Part shown: positions 48,743 through 60,393 of the stretch, piece after piece
Numbering within the stretch: the stretch's first letter is position 1
How the letters are laid out: each line of letters starts with the position of its first letter
Source: Meiothermus sp.
Lineage (GTDB): Bacteria > Deinococcota > Deinococci > Deinococcales > Thermaceae
Direction: 5' to 3'
Length of the DNA: 64,000 nucleotides
NCBI GenBank assembly: GCA_033762915.1
Contig: JANRLD010000071.1
Coordinates: forward strand, 1 to 64,000
The notes under the pieces: generated by a model
What the model saw: only the letters and a program-made list of their open reading frames with translations
The model's database searches: none
Told to the model about the DNA's origin: nothing
Program-made: the position numbers and the translations under genes

Positions 48743-50326
48743 ATGAAAACTACGCCCAGCAAATACGGCAACGCCCTCGAGGTCGGCCACCGCATCGGCG
48801 GAGAAGAGTTCTGGGATGGCGCAGCAATGGAGCGTCGCAACCCCTCCGACTCTGCTGACCTGACCGCCAAATTCCCCGAGGCCCCTAAAGAGACCGTCCG
48901 TAGGGCCGCCCAGGCTGCTCAGAAGGCGTTCCAGGTCTGGTCGCGCACGCCCGCCCCGGTGCGCGGAGGGGTGCTGGTCAACCTCGCAGAGATCATGACC
49001 GCCCAGAAAGACACCTTGGTGCGCCTGATGGTGCGTGAGGTGGGCAAGACCTTCAAAGAGGCCGGAGGTGACGTACAGGAAGCTATCGACACCGCCATAT
49101 TCTTCGCTTCCGAGGGGCGCAGGCTCTATGGACAGACCGTGCCCTCGGAGATGGCCAACAAGGAGCTGTTCACCTTCCGACGCCCCATTGGGGTAGCGGG
49201 GATGATTACCGCCGGGAACTTCCCCATCGCGGTGCCCAGCTGGAAGATCATCCCGGCCATTCTGGCCGGCAACACCGTGGTCTGGAAGCCCTCGGAGGAC
49301 GCGCCCGCGTTGTCCTACGTGTTTGTGCGGATGCTCGAGGAGGCCGGCCTACCCCCCGGCGTGGTCAACTTGGTTTTCGGCGGCGGCAAGGACTCCACGG
49401 GTCAGTATCTGGTCGAAATGATGGACGAGGGGCTGCTTAACAAGTTCGCCTTTACCGGCAGCACGGCGGTGGGCAAGTGGATCGGCGGGGTCGCGGGGCG
49501 CAACTTGCTGCGGCCTACCCTCGAGCTGGGCGGAAAGAACCCCCTGGTCGTGCTGCGCGACGCCGACCTCGAGTTGGCCGTAGAGGGGGCCTGGTGGAGC
49601 GCCTTCGCCACCGGAGGGCAGCGCTGCACAAGCGCGGGCAACATCATCGTGGACGCACCGATCTACGAGGAGTTTAAGCGGCGCTTTCTCGAGAAGACTG
49701 CCGCGACCGTGGTGGGTAATCCCATCGAGGGCGGTGTGACCTACGGCCCGATGATGAACCAACGTTTGTTTGAGCGCTGGGACGAACACTACCAGTGGGG
49801 AAAGACCGACGGCGCGACCCTGCTGTCAGGCACTGGGCGCATCAACGGCTCGAATTTCGCCCACTTCAAGGGCAATGCCGAGGCCGGAACCTTCGCCTCT
49901 CCAACGGTCTGGGAGGCCACGCCGGGGATGCGACAGTTTGGTGAGGAGATATTCGGCCCAACCATCAATTTGGTCAAGGCCGACGGAGTCCACCAAGCCA
50001 TCGAGACCGCTAATGCCCATTCCTACGGGCTCTCGAGTTCCGTCTATACCAACCGCCGCGACTGGGCCTATTTGTTCAAGTCCGAGATCAAGGCCGGCAT
50101 GACCTCGGTCAACAACTCTACCGTGGGGGCAGAGGCGCACCTGCCCTTCGGCGGCATTCGCGGCAGCGGCAACGGGGCCAGGGAGAGTGGGGTATGGGTG
50201 ATCGAGGAGTACTGCTACTGGCAGGCCGTGAACGAGGAGTACTCCGGCAAACTCCAACTGGCCCAGATGGACACCGAGTACGCCGCGACGGCTGGCGTTA
50301 CCGACTGGGGCAAGGTTCTGGGCTGA
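48743..50326 (+). CDS. NAD(P)-dependent aldehyde dehydrogenase
   Basis: GNFP, KPSE, FTGST, LELGGKN, GQRCT and EEIFGP motifs. Confidence 0.93.
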   Translation: MKTTPSKYGNALEVGHRIGGEEFWDGAAMERRNPSDSADLTAKFPEAPKETVRRAAQAAQKAFQVWSRTPAPVRGGVLVNLAEIMTAQKDTLVRLMVREVGKTFKEAGGDVQEAIDTAIFFASEGRRLYGQTVPSEMANKELFTFRRPIGVAGMITAGNFPIAVPSWKIIPAILAGNTVVWKPSEDAPALSYVFVRMLEEAGLPPGVVNLVFGGGKDSTGQYLVEMMDEGLLNKFAFTGSTAVGKWIGGVAGRNLLRPTLELGGKNPLVVLRDADLELAVEGAWWSAFATGGQRCTSAGNIIVDAPIYEEFKRRFLEKTAATVVGNPIEGGVTYGPMMNQRLFERWDEHYQWGKTDGATLLSGTGRINGSNFAHFKGNAEAGTFASPTVWEATPGMRQFGEEIFGPTINLVKADGVHQAIETANAHSYGLSSSVYTNRRDWAYLFKSEIKAGMTSVNNSTVGAEAHLPFGGIRGSGNGARESGVWVIEEYCYWQAVNEEYSGKLQLAQMDTEYAATAGVTDWGKVLG

Positions 50327-50456
50327 CGCAGGTCGGGGGTGCCGGTCTCTGGAGAAACCGATCGTGGGGGTTTGGCTAAGGCCCACGCTGCTTTATCGAC
50401 CGACCTTTGTCCAAACTTCACCCGCCTATCACCCTTAAGCCCGTACCATGAGGGGT

Positions 50457-50921
50457 ATGCGAATCTGGACTGGTTTTCTACTGGTGCTCGCCCTCGGTCT
50501 GCTGGCGGCCTGTGCGCCGCAGGTGCGGGCCGATCCCGGCGAGGTGGTCTACGACGTGCCGGTGAGTTCGCAACTCGGCAGCCTCCAGGCGGTGGCGGCG
50601 GGCAACCCGGTGGTGATTCGGCTGCAGCAGGAACTGGCGGTCTACTATCAGATCGAGGCCCGCGCCCCCTCCGGCTTCGGGCGCTGGGTGCAGCGCCAGG
50701 GCACCGGCTCGACCGTGATTTTTATTAGCGAGCGGCGCAACGAGCAGAATGCCGTGACCGCCACTATCGAGATGCGCTGGACGCTGGGTGTTCGGGCCGA
50801 CGGGCGCGGCTCGGTCAGGCTCGAGACCCTCACTACCGAGAAGATCGACCTTGGGGCCGTCGAAGGCCCGGCTTTTGGCCGATTGGATCGTAGCTTTAAC
50901 CGGGTAGCCAGCGCCCGGTAA
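50457..50921 (+). CDS. Hypothetical lipoprotein
   Basis: Lipobox LAAC; ATG 50457 lies 7 nt after TACCAT. Confidence 0.75.
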   Translation: MRIWTGFLLVLALGLLAACAPQVRADPGEVVYDVPVSSQLGSLQAVAAGNPVVIRLQQELAVYYQIEARAPSGFGRWVQRQGTGSTVIFISERRNEQNAVTATIEMRWTLGVRADGRGSVRLETLTTEKIDLGAVEGPAFGRLDRSFNRVASAR

Positions 50922-50929
50922 GGCCCGTT

Positions 50930-51011
50930 CGCGTTTCCCACCATTACGGCGGCAGGAAATGTACTCCCTACAGCATTAACTGCTGTAGGGAGTATTCCTG
51001 GGAACCCCTCT
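50930..51011. repeat. Palindromic intergenic repeat (family copy B, inverted relative to A)
   Basis: TACTCCCTACAGC-N7-GCTGTAGGGAGTA at 50962-50994. Flanks align with 26350-26440 apart from a 9-nt deletion. Confidence 0.85.
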
Positions 51012-51064
51012 GAGCGCGGAGCGCCAAGGGTTTTGGGAGAAGTTACCATCAGCCGAGCAGACCC

Positions 51065-52255
51065 TTACGTCCTTAACCTTAGACCTTCGGCCAATACCGC
51101 GAACTGCTCGGGAGAATCTGCCGAGGTATGGCGATCAAGAAAAGGCAAGGCGACCGCCATACAGTTCATGCGGGGGTCGTAGCCGGCCTTGGCGAGGAGG
51201 GGATTGAGCCAGACCAGTGCCGCGCTCTTTTGATAGAGCTGGCGAAGCGCGAACTCGAGCAGCTCCGGCTCGCCGGTGTCAAGACCGTCGGAGGCCACAA
51301 TGAGGATGGTGTCGCCCCGAATCAGCCCGCCGTGGCGGCGCTCCAGGGCCAGTAGGTTCTCGCCGATCTTGGTTCCGCCGCCCCAGGCCTGGCCCAGCCG
51401 GGTGAGTTTGGGGCGCTGGGAGAGCGACTTGGCCTTTTCTAGCTCTCGTGTGATGCGCCTTAACTCGGTGGAAAAGCTAAAGACTTCGACCCTAGAACAG
51501 CGCGTCCTCAGGGCGTAGGCGAACTGCAGGAGCTTGTCTGAGTAGCTCCCCATCGAGCGGCTTCCGTCCAGAACAAAAACGAAGCGCGGCTGTCGCTTGG
51601 GGTGCTCGAGCCAGGCCGGGAAAATCGGGTCGCCCCCGGTGTGCAAGGCCTTGCGCAAGGTGCGACGGAAGTGAAAGCGTCGCCCCTTTGGCGTCGGCTC
51701 CCAACGGCGGCTGCGCCCCAGTCGGACCTGATTGACCAGGTGGGTCGCGGCCCTTAGCATCTCGTCCATGTCTTGAGTGGAGATTTCCACCTCGCCCGCC
51801 TCTGCGCCTGCTGTACGGCTGAACAGCGCCTTGAGAATGGCCCCGAAGGGGTTGGGGTCGTCCTCCTCGGCGGTTTTCCCCTTGCCCTGAGAGTCCGGGG
51901 CAGGCGCGGCGGCCTGGGTGTTGGTAGGCTTGTGCTTCTCGAGCCGCTCTCCCTCTGGCTCACCCCCCTCAACCGCCGTCTTGTTCTGGTTGGTAACGTT
52001 TTTGCGCCGCCTGGCGGGCAGGAAAAACTGGAAGAACAGGTCGTCAAAGGCCCGCTCTTGCTCTAGACTGCTGCACAGCACCAGTTTTAGTGCCTGCCGT
52101 ACCTGCTGCAGACTGCCAACGTCCACGCTCTCCAGCGCCCGCAGCCCGTCCAGGACCTCCTGCGGCCCCAGTACAAAGCGAACTTTTCGAGAGGAGCGCA
52201 GCAGGTTGCAGAAGGCGATCAGGTTTTGCTCGAGGTTTGCGTGGGGAAAGTCCAT
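51065..52255 (-). CDS. VWA domain protein (CoxE-like)
   Basis: RRTLR...TGG, MIDAS DGSRSM, FST.L..IT, WGGGT.IG, SDGLD.G and WLNPL motifs. Confidence 0.88.
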   Translation of the reverse strand: MDFPHANLEQNLIAFCNLLRSSRKVRFVLGPQEVLDGLRALESVDVGSLQQVRQALKLVLCSSLEQERAFDDLFFQFFLPARRRKNVTNQNKTAVEGGEPEGERLEKHKPTNTQAAAPAPDSQGKGKTAEEDDPNPFGAILKALFSRTAGAEAGEVEISTQDMDEMLRAATHLVNQVRLGRSRRWEPTPKGRRFHFRRTLRKALHTGGDPIFPAWLEHPKRQPRFVFVLDGSRSMGSYSDKLLQFAYALRTRCSRVEVFSFSTELRRITRELEKAKSLSQRPKLTRLGQAWGGGTKIGENLLALERRHGGLIRGDTILIVASDGLDTGEPELLEFALRQLYQKSAALVWLNPLLAKAGYDPRMNCMAVALPFLDRHTSADSPEQFAVLAEGLRLRT

Positions 52256-52510
52256 GAGGTCAGGGGAAGACGCCTTATCCGATTAGGGAGCTGGTACGGC
52301 CCTATCCCCGTTAAGGTTAAAGGCGATAACGCATCAGGATGTTGACGCGAATTGCAATACACCCCCACCCCAAGAACTCGGATTGCGGGTCCCGTACTGG
52401 GCGCTCGCATTTAGCGGCAACGGCCGCACCTATGATGCCCAAAAGGGACAATCCTTTTGGACTGGCCTCACAAAAAACGGCTGTCTTCAATCCTTTTTCG
52501 ACCCTTGTCC

Positions 52511-53854
<1,344 letters not shown>

Positions 53855-53939
53855 AAGCGCTCTCCGAGCGCGGCCCAAGTCTCAAGCCTCAAGTCTCAGG
53901 TCTCTTGACATGCGACATGTGACCCTCGACCTGCCACCG

Positions 53940-54455
53940 CTATGCAGGCTCCACCAGGAACAGCACCTGCCCGTACTCGATGGGCTCGGCGTTCTTGACC
54001 ATGATCTTCTTAATGGTTCCGGCCACTTCACTTTCGATCTCGTTCATCAGTTTCATGGCCTCGATGATGCACAGCACCTGGCCCTTCTTCACCGCGTCGC
54101 CTTCCTTCACGAAGACCTCGGCCTCCGGCGAGGGGGCCGAGTAGAAGGTGCCCACTATGGGGGCCTTGACCTCGGCATACTTGGCGGAGTCCTCGGCCTT
54201 GGCTGCCGGTGTAGGGGCGGAATGTGCGACGGCGGGGGGCGGGGCGGCAGAGGCGGGCGCTACGGGGGCGGGGGCCGCCGCAGGGGCGGGGGCCGCGTGT
54301 ACCACCGGCGCTGGGGGGGCGGTCATGTAGTGGACGGTCGGAGCGTCCGGCCCGCGCTTAACGCTAAGTTTGTAATCGGGGGTCTCGAGGCTCAACTCGT
54401 TCACCTCGTGTTCTTGCAGGGCTTGCAGGATGGCCTTGAGTTCCTTCGCGTTCAT
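53940..54455 (-). CDS. accB: Acetyl-CoA carboxylase biotin carboxyl carrier protein
   Basis: Ala/Pro linker and EAMKLMNEI biotinylation motif; start MNAKELK with SD GGAGG. Confidence 0.96.
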   Translation of the reverse strand: MNAKELKAILQALQEHEVNELSLETPDYKLSVKRGPDAPTVHYMTAPPAPVVHAAPAPAAAPAPVAPASAAPPPAVAHSAPTPAAKAEDSAKYAEVKAPIVGTFYSAPSPEAEVFVKEGDAVKKGQVLCIIEAMKLMNEIESEVAGTIKKIMVKNAEPIEYGQVLFLVEPA

Positions 54456-54620
54456 TATTGCCTCCGCAGAGAAGATAAGCCGAAAAACCGGCGGCTCCCA
54501 GAGTATAAAGCCCCTGCGAAGTTTTTTGGCCCGGTACAAAGAAACAGACCATAACGCGGGAGCGTTGCCCACAAGTGAGGGGTTTATGGGTAAACTGCTG
54601 AGCGAAGACAGGGGGGCAGG

Positions 54621-54935
54621 GTGTTCAATGCGATCTTTCCACTCATCGAGCTGTATCTTCCGCTGGTGGTGATGTTCGTCGCCATCTACAGCCTGCTCTC
54701 CACCAATTTCACCACCAGCCCCCGGTTGGCCAGTAGCTACGCTTGGTTGGGCCTGTTTACCTTCATCATCCGCGTCCCGATGCTCCTCATCACCCCCTTC
54801 GAGAACGAGTTCGGGCGTGTATTGATCGTGATTCTGGGCCTCCTCAGCGGCTACTTCTTCTACTGCGCTTGGCGGATCGGGCAGGCCTCCCAGCCGGTTA
54901 AACCGGCCACACGCAAGGGGAAATCCAAGAAATAA
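54621..54935 (+). CDS. Small hypothetical membrane protein (3 TM)
   Basis: Three hydrophobic segments and a basic tail, followed by a strong terminator. Confidence 0.65.
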   Translation: MFNAIFPLIELYLPLVVMFVAIYSLLSTNFTTSPRLASSYAWLGLFTFIIRVPMLLITPFENEFGRVLIVILGLLSGYFFYCAWRIGQASQPVKPATRKGKSKK

Positions 54936-54961
54936 CAATCTCCAACTAAAAACAGCAAATG

Positions 54962-54990
54962 AAAAACCCGCCTCTAAAAGGCGGGTTTTT
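54962..54990. terminator. Bidirectional intrinsic terminator
   Basis: AAAAACCCGCCT-ctaaa-AGGCGGGTTTTT between convergent genes. Confidence 0.85.
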
Positions 54991-55124
54991 GAGTTTCTCG
55001 GTGGGAGAGTGAGGTGCTCCAGTGCGAATCCGAGGGTTGAGTCTATGGATTAGTGATGGCGTGCCCTAGAAAAGCCTCGAGAAGTCGTCGACCTTATTCG
55101 GGCGGGTGTGAAGAAGAACCCGGC

Positions 55125-55463
55125 TTATGCGCTTACCGGAGCTACGTCGTGCTTGTTCAAGGTGGCGACAAACTTTGCCTTGGGGGCGGCCCCAACCATC
55201 ACATCGACCGGCTGCCCATCTTTAAAGAGGATAATGGTGGGAATGCTCATCACCCGGAACTTCATGGCGGTCTGGGGGTTGGCATCCACGTCGAGTTTAG
55301 CGACGGTGACTTTGCCGTCATACTCCCCCGCGAGGTCCTCCATCACTGGGGCGACCATACGGCAGGGACCGCACCACTCGGCCCAGAAGTCCACTAGCAC
55401 GTACTGGTTCTCTTTCACGGTCTGGTCAAAGTTCGCGTCGGTCACTTCGATGGGGTGTGCCAT
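55125..55463 (-). CDS. trxA: Thioredoxin
   Basis: [11 protein letters not shown] active site and SIPT cis-Pro motif. Confidence 0.96.
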   Translation of the reverse strand: MAHPIEVTDANFDQTVKENQYVLVDFWAEWCGPCRMVAPVMEDLAGEYDGKVTVAKLDVDANPQTAMKFRVMSIPTIILFKDGQPVDVMVGAAPKAKFVATLNKHDVAPVSA

Positions 55464-55683
55464 ATCCTTACCTCGAGCCATACAATAGCACCCCTGTCGG
55501 GTTTCAGGGCAAGCCAGTACACTTTTTATAGCAGGGAGCCAAAGCACTTTCATAAGACCTACACCCCAATCCGCCCACCAACACCTCGGGATAAACCGGC
55601 CAGTTGGTTCATACTCAGGCTATCGACTCCGGTGCGTCCCACTCCCCAAAGTTTCGTCGCCCTGGTTTCTGCGCCTTTGCCCT

Positions 55684-56031
55684 ATGCTCCTGAAAACCCC
55701 CCAATTCCAAGAAGCCCTCGAGCTGTGGCACCGGGGCCTGTTTTGGGAGGTTCATGAGGCCCTCGAGCCGCTCTGGATGCGCTTGACCGGGCCAGAGCGC
55801 GAACTAACCCACGGAGTGATTTTGTTGGCCGCGGCACTACACAAAGCCAAGAGTTCACCCACCGGCGGCTGGCGCAACTATGCCAAGGCTCTGCGCCATT
55901 TCGAGGGGCTTCCCGGAGTGCTGGAAGGCATTGAGGTAGGGGAGCTGGCTGAAGAGGTTCGACTGGCTCTCGAAAATCCTGGCCACACCCCCAGGTTCCC
56001 GTGTTCGGAGGACCACTTGTCCCCGGATTGA
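55684..56031 (+). CDS. DUF309 domain protein
   Basis: G.FWEVHEALE.LW and G.I.LAA..H motifs. Confidence 0.85.
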   Translation: MLLKTPQFQEALELWHRGLFWEVHEALEPLWMRLTGPERELTHGVILLAAALHKAKSSPTGGWRNYAKALRHFEGLPGVLEGIEVGELAEEVRLALENPGHTPRFPCSEDHLSPD

Positions 56032-56071
56032 ACCGCTTCGTACGCAACCCTGAACCCCACCACTCACCTGT

Positions 56072-56503
56072 TCAAGTCTTCTTCGGGCGCACGAGAAACA
56101 GGGCTGCTGAGATGAGGATAAAGGCGAGGGCGGCCTGAAGCGGGATGGGAAAGGAAGGAATGTACTCGACGTTGCAGGGGATAGGGCCGCGGCAGACCGA
56201 GGGGGCCACACCCGGGACCCACAGCTCGAGCAGGTGCCAAGCGCTAAAAAACAGACCGCCGAGTGAAAGTGGCAGCGCGTAGATCTTGATACCAGAGTCG
56301 CCGCGCCAGGTGGCGATGCCCAAGATGACGGCGAGGCCGTACATGGCAATTCGCTGATACCAACACATGGTACAGGGAATGAACATCCGCACCTCGGAAT
56401 AGTAGAGGCTGCCCAGCATGGCAGTCAGGGCTACCAACCAAGCGAAGGCCAGCAGCAGCGCGTTGCGGTCGAGGGAGGGGCTCGAGGTTTGCGAGGTTTG
56501 CAC
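56072..56503 (-). CDS. Disulfide bond formation protein B (BdbC/DsbB family)
   Basis: GSLYYSEV..FIPCTMCWYQRI motif and a second Cys pair. GTG 56503 lies 6 nt after TACAAT. Confidence 0.9.
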   Translation of the reverse strand: MQTSQTSSPSLDRNALLLAFAWLVALTAMLGSLYYSEVRMFIPCTMCWYQRIAMYGLAVILGIATWRGDSGIKIYALPLSLGGLFFSAWHLLELWVPGVAPSVCRGPIPCNVEYIPSFPIPLQAALAFILISAALFLVRPKKT

Positions 56504-56619
56504 TCGAGTATTGTAGCGCAGGCCAAGGTGTCGAGTGTCCTGGGTCAAGGTGTTCGGCGAGAGAGCTTGGGCGGAGCAAAGCCTAGCCTGTTCGGGACAA
56601 CCGCCGGCGGTTGTATGAC

Positions 56620-57252
56620 CTATGTTCTCTCATAGCGCACATACCGCTGGACGACTTCGCCCGGGAACTCTGCTTCTGTACCGGCCAGACGGACAAACGG
56701 TTTGGGATAGATACGTCCGATCAGGCCCGCCCCCACGCCGTTGCCGAGCCGCGAGGGAGTTACCCCCATCAAAATGGCAGCAGCCTTGGTTGCTAACACC
56801 GCCCCGACGCTATCAGCATACAGATAGGCAATAAAAGCGCTGTGATCGGGGTACTGGAGAAACTTCCCGACCGGGCTCGAGAGGGGCATCCGCCACTCGG
56901 GCATTCCGTAGGCCTCAGTCAAAATCTTTGCAATCGTCCACCCCTCCGACCACGGCACATGTTCGGTCCATTGTGCACGGACGCTGGGCACCGAGGTACA
57001 TAGTTCGAAGACCGTCGATGGTTGAAGCCCGAAGCTCGTAGGTTGGGTGGCGTTTTCGGGCAGGGTGTACGAAATCGGAACGCCCGCTTGGGCGAAGCGG
57101 GCCGCTAGCTGCTCGTGCGCCTCCTCCCGAAAATCGAAGGCCGTGTTGGCAAGCAACAAGGGGAAATTGGGCTGGATGAGAAATGGCACGCCCCCGACCT
57201 CGCCGGAATGCTGGCTCGAGGCCAGCGGAAGGTATAAGTCGAAGAGATTCAT
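56620..57252 (-). CDS. Hypothetical protein, degenerate GNAT-like
   Basis: Open frame following ftsY; C-terminal GVTPSRLGNGVG resembles GNAT motif A. Confidence 0.6.
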   Translation of the reverse strand: MNLFDLYLPLASSQHSGEVGGVPFLIQPNFPLLLANTAFDFREEAHEQLAARFAQAGVPISYTLPENATQPTSFGLQPSTVFELCTSVPSVRAQWTEHVPWSEGWTIAKILTEAYGMPEWRMPLSSPVGKFLQYPDHSAFIAYLYADSVGAVLATKAAAILMGVTPSRLGNGVGAGLIGRIYPKPFVRLAGTEAEFPGEVVQRYVRYERT

Positions 57253-57341
57253 GTATCTGTTGGGTCTGTGCCTTAAGCCAGCCCATACGTTGTTCAATTG
57301 CGTTCGGCCACACCTTCCCCTGTTTACCTGTCTCTTTGCAC

Positions 57342-58259
57342 TCAACCCAGCAGCGCCTCGACAAACTCGCCAGCATCGAAAGGCTGCAAGTCGTCGGCCT
57401 TTTCGCCCACCCCAATGAACTTAATCGGGACGTTCAGCTCGCGTACGATGGGCACCAGAATACCGCCCTTGGCGGTGCCGTCCAGCTTGGTCACAATCAC
57501 CCCCGTGAGGCCGGCGGTCTCGTTGAACTTTTTGGCCTGCTCGAGGCCGTTCTGCCCCGTCACTGCGTCCAGTACCAGCCAGACTTCGGCCGGCTCGCCA
57601 GGGTCAGCTTTGGTGATGGATCGCTTGACCTTGTTCAGCTCCTCCATCAAGTTGTGCTTGGTATGGAGGCGACCTGCCGTATCCACCATGAGCAGGTCGG
57701 TGTTGCGGGCTTTACGGCTACTGGCCGCATCGAAGGCCAGCGCCGCAGGGTCGGAGCCCTCCGGCCCCTGGATGACCGGGATGCCCAGCCGCTCGCCCCA
57801 CAGCCCTAGTTGTGCCCCGCCAGCCGCCCGGAAGGTGTCCCCCGCGCAAAACATCACGCTCTTGCCCTTGGAGTGGTAGTACTGACCCAGCTTGGCGATG
57901 GTGGTGGTCTTGCCCACCCCGTTGACCCCCACCATCAGCACCACCTTACCGGCGGGCTCGATGGTGGACTTCTTGGCATCGGGCTTAAAGCCCAGCTTGC
58001 GCAGCTTGGCCCGGCGGTCGTCGGGCTCGAGCTGAAGCATCAGGGCAGTTTTGAGCGCCTCCCGGAGGTCTTTCTTGCCCGACTGGCGGACTTCTTCCAG
58101 TACCTCCTCGGCGGCTTCGATGCCCACGTCGGCGGAAATCAGGGCGAACTCGAGCTCCTCGAGCACCTCTTCGGGGCTCTTGGCGTTCCAGGGCACCGCC
58201 TGGACGATATTGTCACGGGTTTTTGAAAGCCCCTCTTTGAGGCGTTGGAACCAACTCAT
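57342..58259 (-). CDS. ftsY: SRP receptor FtsY
   Basis: GVNGVGKTTTIAKL, DTFRAA, DTAGRL, TKLDGTAKGG and GVGE..DDL motifs. Confidence 0.97.
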   Translation of the reverse strand: MSWFQRLKEGLSKTRDNIVQAVPWNAKSPEEVLEELEFALISADVGIEAAEEVLEEVRQSGKKDLREALKTALMLQLEPDDRRAKLRKLGFKPDAKKSTIEPAGKVVLMVGVNGVGKTTTIAKLGQYYHSKGKSVMFCAGDTFRAAGGAQLGLWGERLGIPVIQGPEGSDPAALAFDAASSRKARNTDLLMVDTAGRLHTKHNLMEELNKVKRSITKADPGEPAEVWLVLDAVTGQNGLEQAKKFNETAGLTGVIVTKLDGTAKGGILVPIVRELNVPIKFIGVGEKADDLQPFDAGEFVEALLG

Positions 58260-58411
58260 GAGGACAGTTTACCGCCCTTAGTTGGGGGCTGGACGTTGAA
58301 TGTCACATAGGGGCGAAGACACGGGTAAAGAGAAGTGCTCGAAAAGCGAAGCAGGGTCGTGAAGGCTGGCGAAGCAGTTCCTGGCGCCGTCGGGCGGGGA
58401 ACTGCGCACAG

Positions 58412-59329
58412 TTAGTGCTGGTGAGCGGGGCTCGAGCTGTGGCCCCAGTGGGCTATGGCGACCTCGAGCAGGTTACCCGGGGTAGGGTTTCCGTATTGGT
58501 CGGCTGTGAGTTTGCTGAGCTGAGGCCGTAGCTCAGAGACGGGGCGCTCCTTTAGGTTGCGGCGCAGGAAGTCTACCAGTTGCTGCCAGGCCTCGCCTTG
58601 CGGCCCGCCCGCCTTGATCTCGGTCACGCTCTGCACAAAGGCGTGGCCCTGTCCATCGTAGACCTTGACCTCGTGGGGGATTCCGGCTGCTTTCAGGCCG
58701 GCCTCGAAGGCCCGAACCTCCTCGAGGGGAATCAGGTTATCCGCGCCGCCGAAAACCCCAAGCACCGGTCCGGACAGTCGCCGGAGCGTTTCTGGTTCTA
58801 CGACCAGTTGGCCGTAAAAAATGCCGACGGCGGCGAGGCGGTTGTTGGTTAGGGCATAGTTGAGGGCTGCGGTGCCGCCGAAGCAGAAGCCCATTACCGC
58901 GATGCGGGCCTTGTCCACCTGCGGCTGCTGGACCAACCACTCGAAAACCGCATTGAGGTCCTGGTTAACCCGCTCTGGGGGGGTTGTGGCTGAGAGGTAG
59001 ATGGCCCTGGGGAGCCAGTCGGTGCGCTGGTTGCGGTAGGTGTCGGGGGCAATCACCAGGTAGCCCTGCTCGGCGAGCAGCTTGGCCTTGTCTACAATCT
59101 CCTGGCGCAATCCCCAGAATTCGTGGATCATCACAACTGCAGGAAACGGCCCCTCGCCCGGGGGGCGGGCGACATAGGCCTGCACCTCGGGGCTGACACG
59201 GGTGTTGGTCACGGTCTCGAGCCGGTTGCCGTCGGTGGCCGCATCAACTACTACCGAGAGAACCAGCGCCACTGCCGCCAACGCCGCGATTCCAAAGGCC
59301 CAGACCAGGATTTTCAGTGCCAATTGCAT
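58412..59329 (-). CDS. Dienelactone hydrolase family protein with N-terminal membrane anchor
   Basis: HEFWGL, GFCFGG, G..D..IP and GHAF motifs. Confidence 0.9.
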   Translation of the reverse strand: MQLALKILVWAFGIAALAAVALVLSVVVDAATDGNRLETVTNTRVSPEVQAYVARPPGEGPFPAVVMIHEFWGLRQEIVDKAKLLAEQGYLVIAPDTYRNQRTDWLPRAIYLSATTPPERVNQDLNAVFEWLVQQPQVDKARIAVMGFCFGGTAALNYALTNNRLAAVGIFYGQLVVEPETLRRLSGPVLGVFGGADNLIPLEEVRAFEAGLKAAGIPHEVKVYDGQGHAFVQSVTEIKAGGPQGEAWQQLVDFLRRNLKERPVSELRPQLSKLTADQYGNPTPGNLLEVAIAHWGHSSSPAHQH

Positions 59330-59387
59330 GGGGCAACTATGTCAGTGTTTGGTCAAACGCACTGTAATCGTGCATAATCTGTGGGCT

Positions 59388-60341
59388 ATGGTGCGGAAGG
59401 CTAGCCCGACTACCGTTGCCAAGGCCGCCAACGTTATCCGTTCTGGCGGGCTGGTGGCGTTCCCCACCGAGACCGTCTACGGCCTGGGAGCCGACGCTCT
59501 CAACGCCGAGGCGGTCGCCAGAATCTTTGCTGCCAAGAGACGCCCCAGCTTCGACCCTCTGATCGTGCACGTGTCCGACCTCGAGATGCTCTCCCGTGTC
59601 GTCGCCGAAGTTCCCCCCCAGGCCGGACCCATGATCGAGCAGTTCTGGCCCGGTGCACTGACGCTGGTTATGCCTAAATCACCCCAGGTCCCCGGTCTGG
59701 TGACCTCTGGGCTGCCCACCGTGGCGGTGCGGATGCCCAGCCACCCGGTTGCTCTGGAACTCATCCGGCAGGCAGGCGTGCCAATTGCGGCCCCCAGCGC
59801 CAACCCGTTTGGCTACCTCAGCCCGACCAGGGCCGAGCACGTCGAGCGGATGCTGGGAGATCATGTGGACTTGATTTTGGACGGCGGCTCAACGGAGTTC
59901 GGCGTCGAGTCCACCATACTGCTATTGGCCGAACGGCCCACCGTACTTCGATTCGGGGCGGTGTCGGTGGAACAGCTCGAGGCCGCAGTTGGGAAGGTCG
60001 ACCTGCGGGTGGGGGAGAGTCAAAAGCCGCTGGTGCCTGGTCAGTTGCCCTCCCACTACGCCCCGCGCACGCCCATCCAGCTCGCCCACCCCGAGCAAAT
60101 TCCTGCCGAGGTCAAGAAGGACGTTGGGTTTCTGGCCTTCAAAGACGTCCCCAAGGGGTTCAAAGTAGTTAAGCTGCTTTCGCCAACCGGGGATATGCTC
60201 GAGGCCGCCGCGCACCTGTTCGAGGCGCTTCACCAGCTCGACCGACTTGGCCTGGAGGCCATTTACGCCGAGCCGGTGCCGGAGGAGGGGCTAGGGCGGG
60301 CCATCATGGACCGGTTGCGCAGGGCGGCAGTTCGGGATTAG
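59388..60341 (+). CDS. sua5: L-threonylcarbamoyladenylate synthase (Sua5 type)
   Basis: FPTETVYGLGA, K.RP..DPLIVH, AAPSAN, GVEST and PG....HYAP motifs plus a SUA5 C-terminal domain. Confidence 0.95.
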   Translation: MVRKASPTTVAKAANVIRSGGLVAFPTETVYGLGADALNAEAVARIFAAKRRPSFDPLIVHVSDLEMLSRVVAEVPPQAGPMIEQFWPGALTLVMPKSPQVPGLVTSGLPTVAVRMPSHPVALELIRQAGVPIAAPSANPFGYLSPTRAEHVERMLGDHVDLILDGGSTEFGVESTILLLAERPTVLRFGAVSVEQLEAAVGKVDLRVGESQKPLVPGQLPSHYAPRTPIQLAHPEQIPAEVKKDVGFLAFKDVPKGFKVVKLLSPTGDMLEAAAHLFEALHQLDRLGLEAIYAEPVPEEGLGRAIMDRLRRAAVRD

Positions 60342-60393
60342 GAGTAAAAAGTGCCCGCGTCTATTGTGCACCTAGGGGGCGTGTTGCTAAACT

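Noticed and set aside
53940..54938. 332-aa extended AccB from the ORF track
   Set aside because: The extension overlaps the opposite-strand membrane protein gene, and the SD-supported start is 54455.
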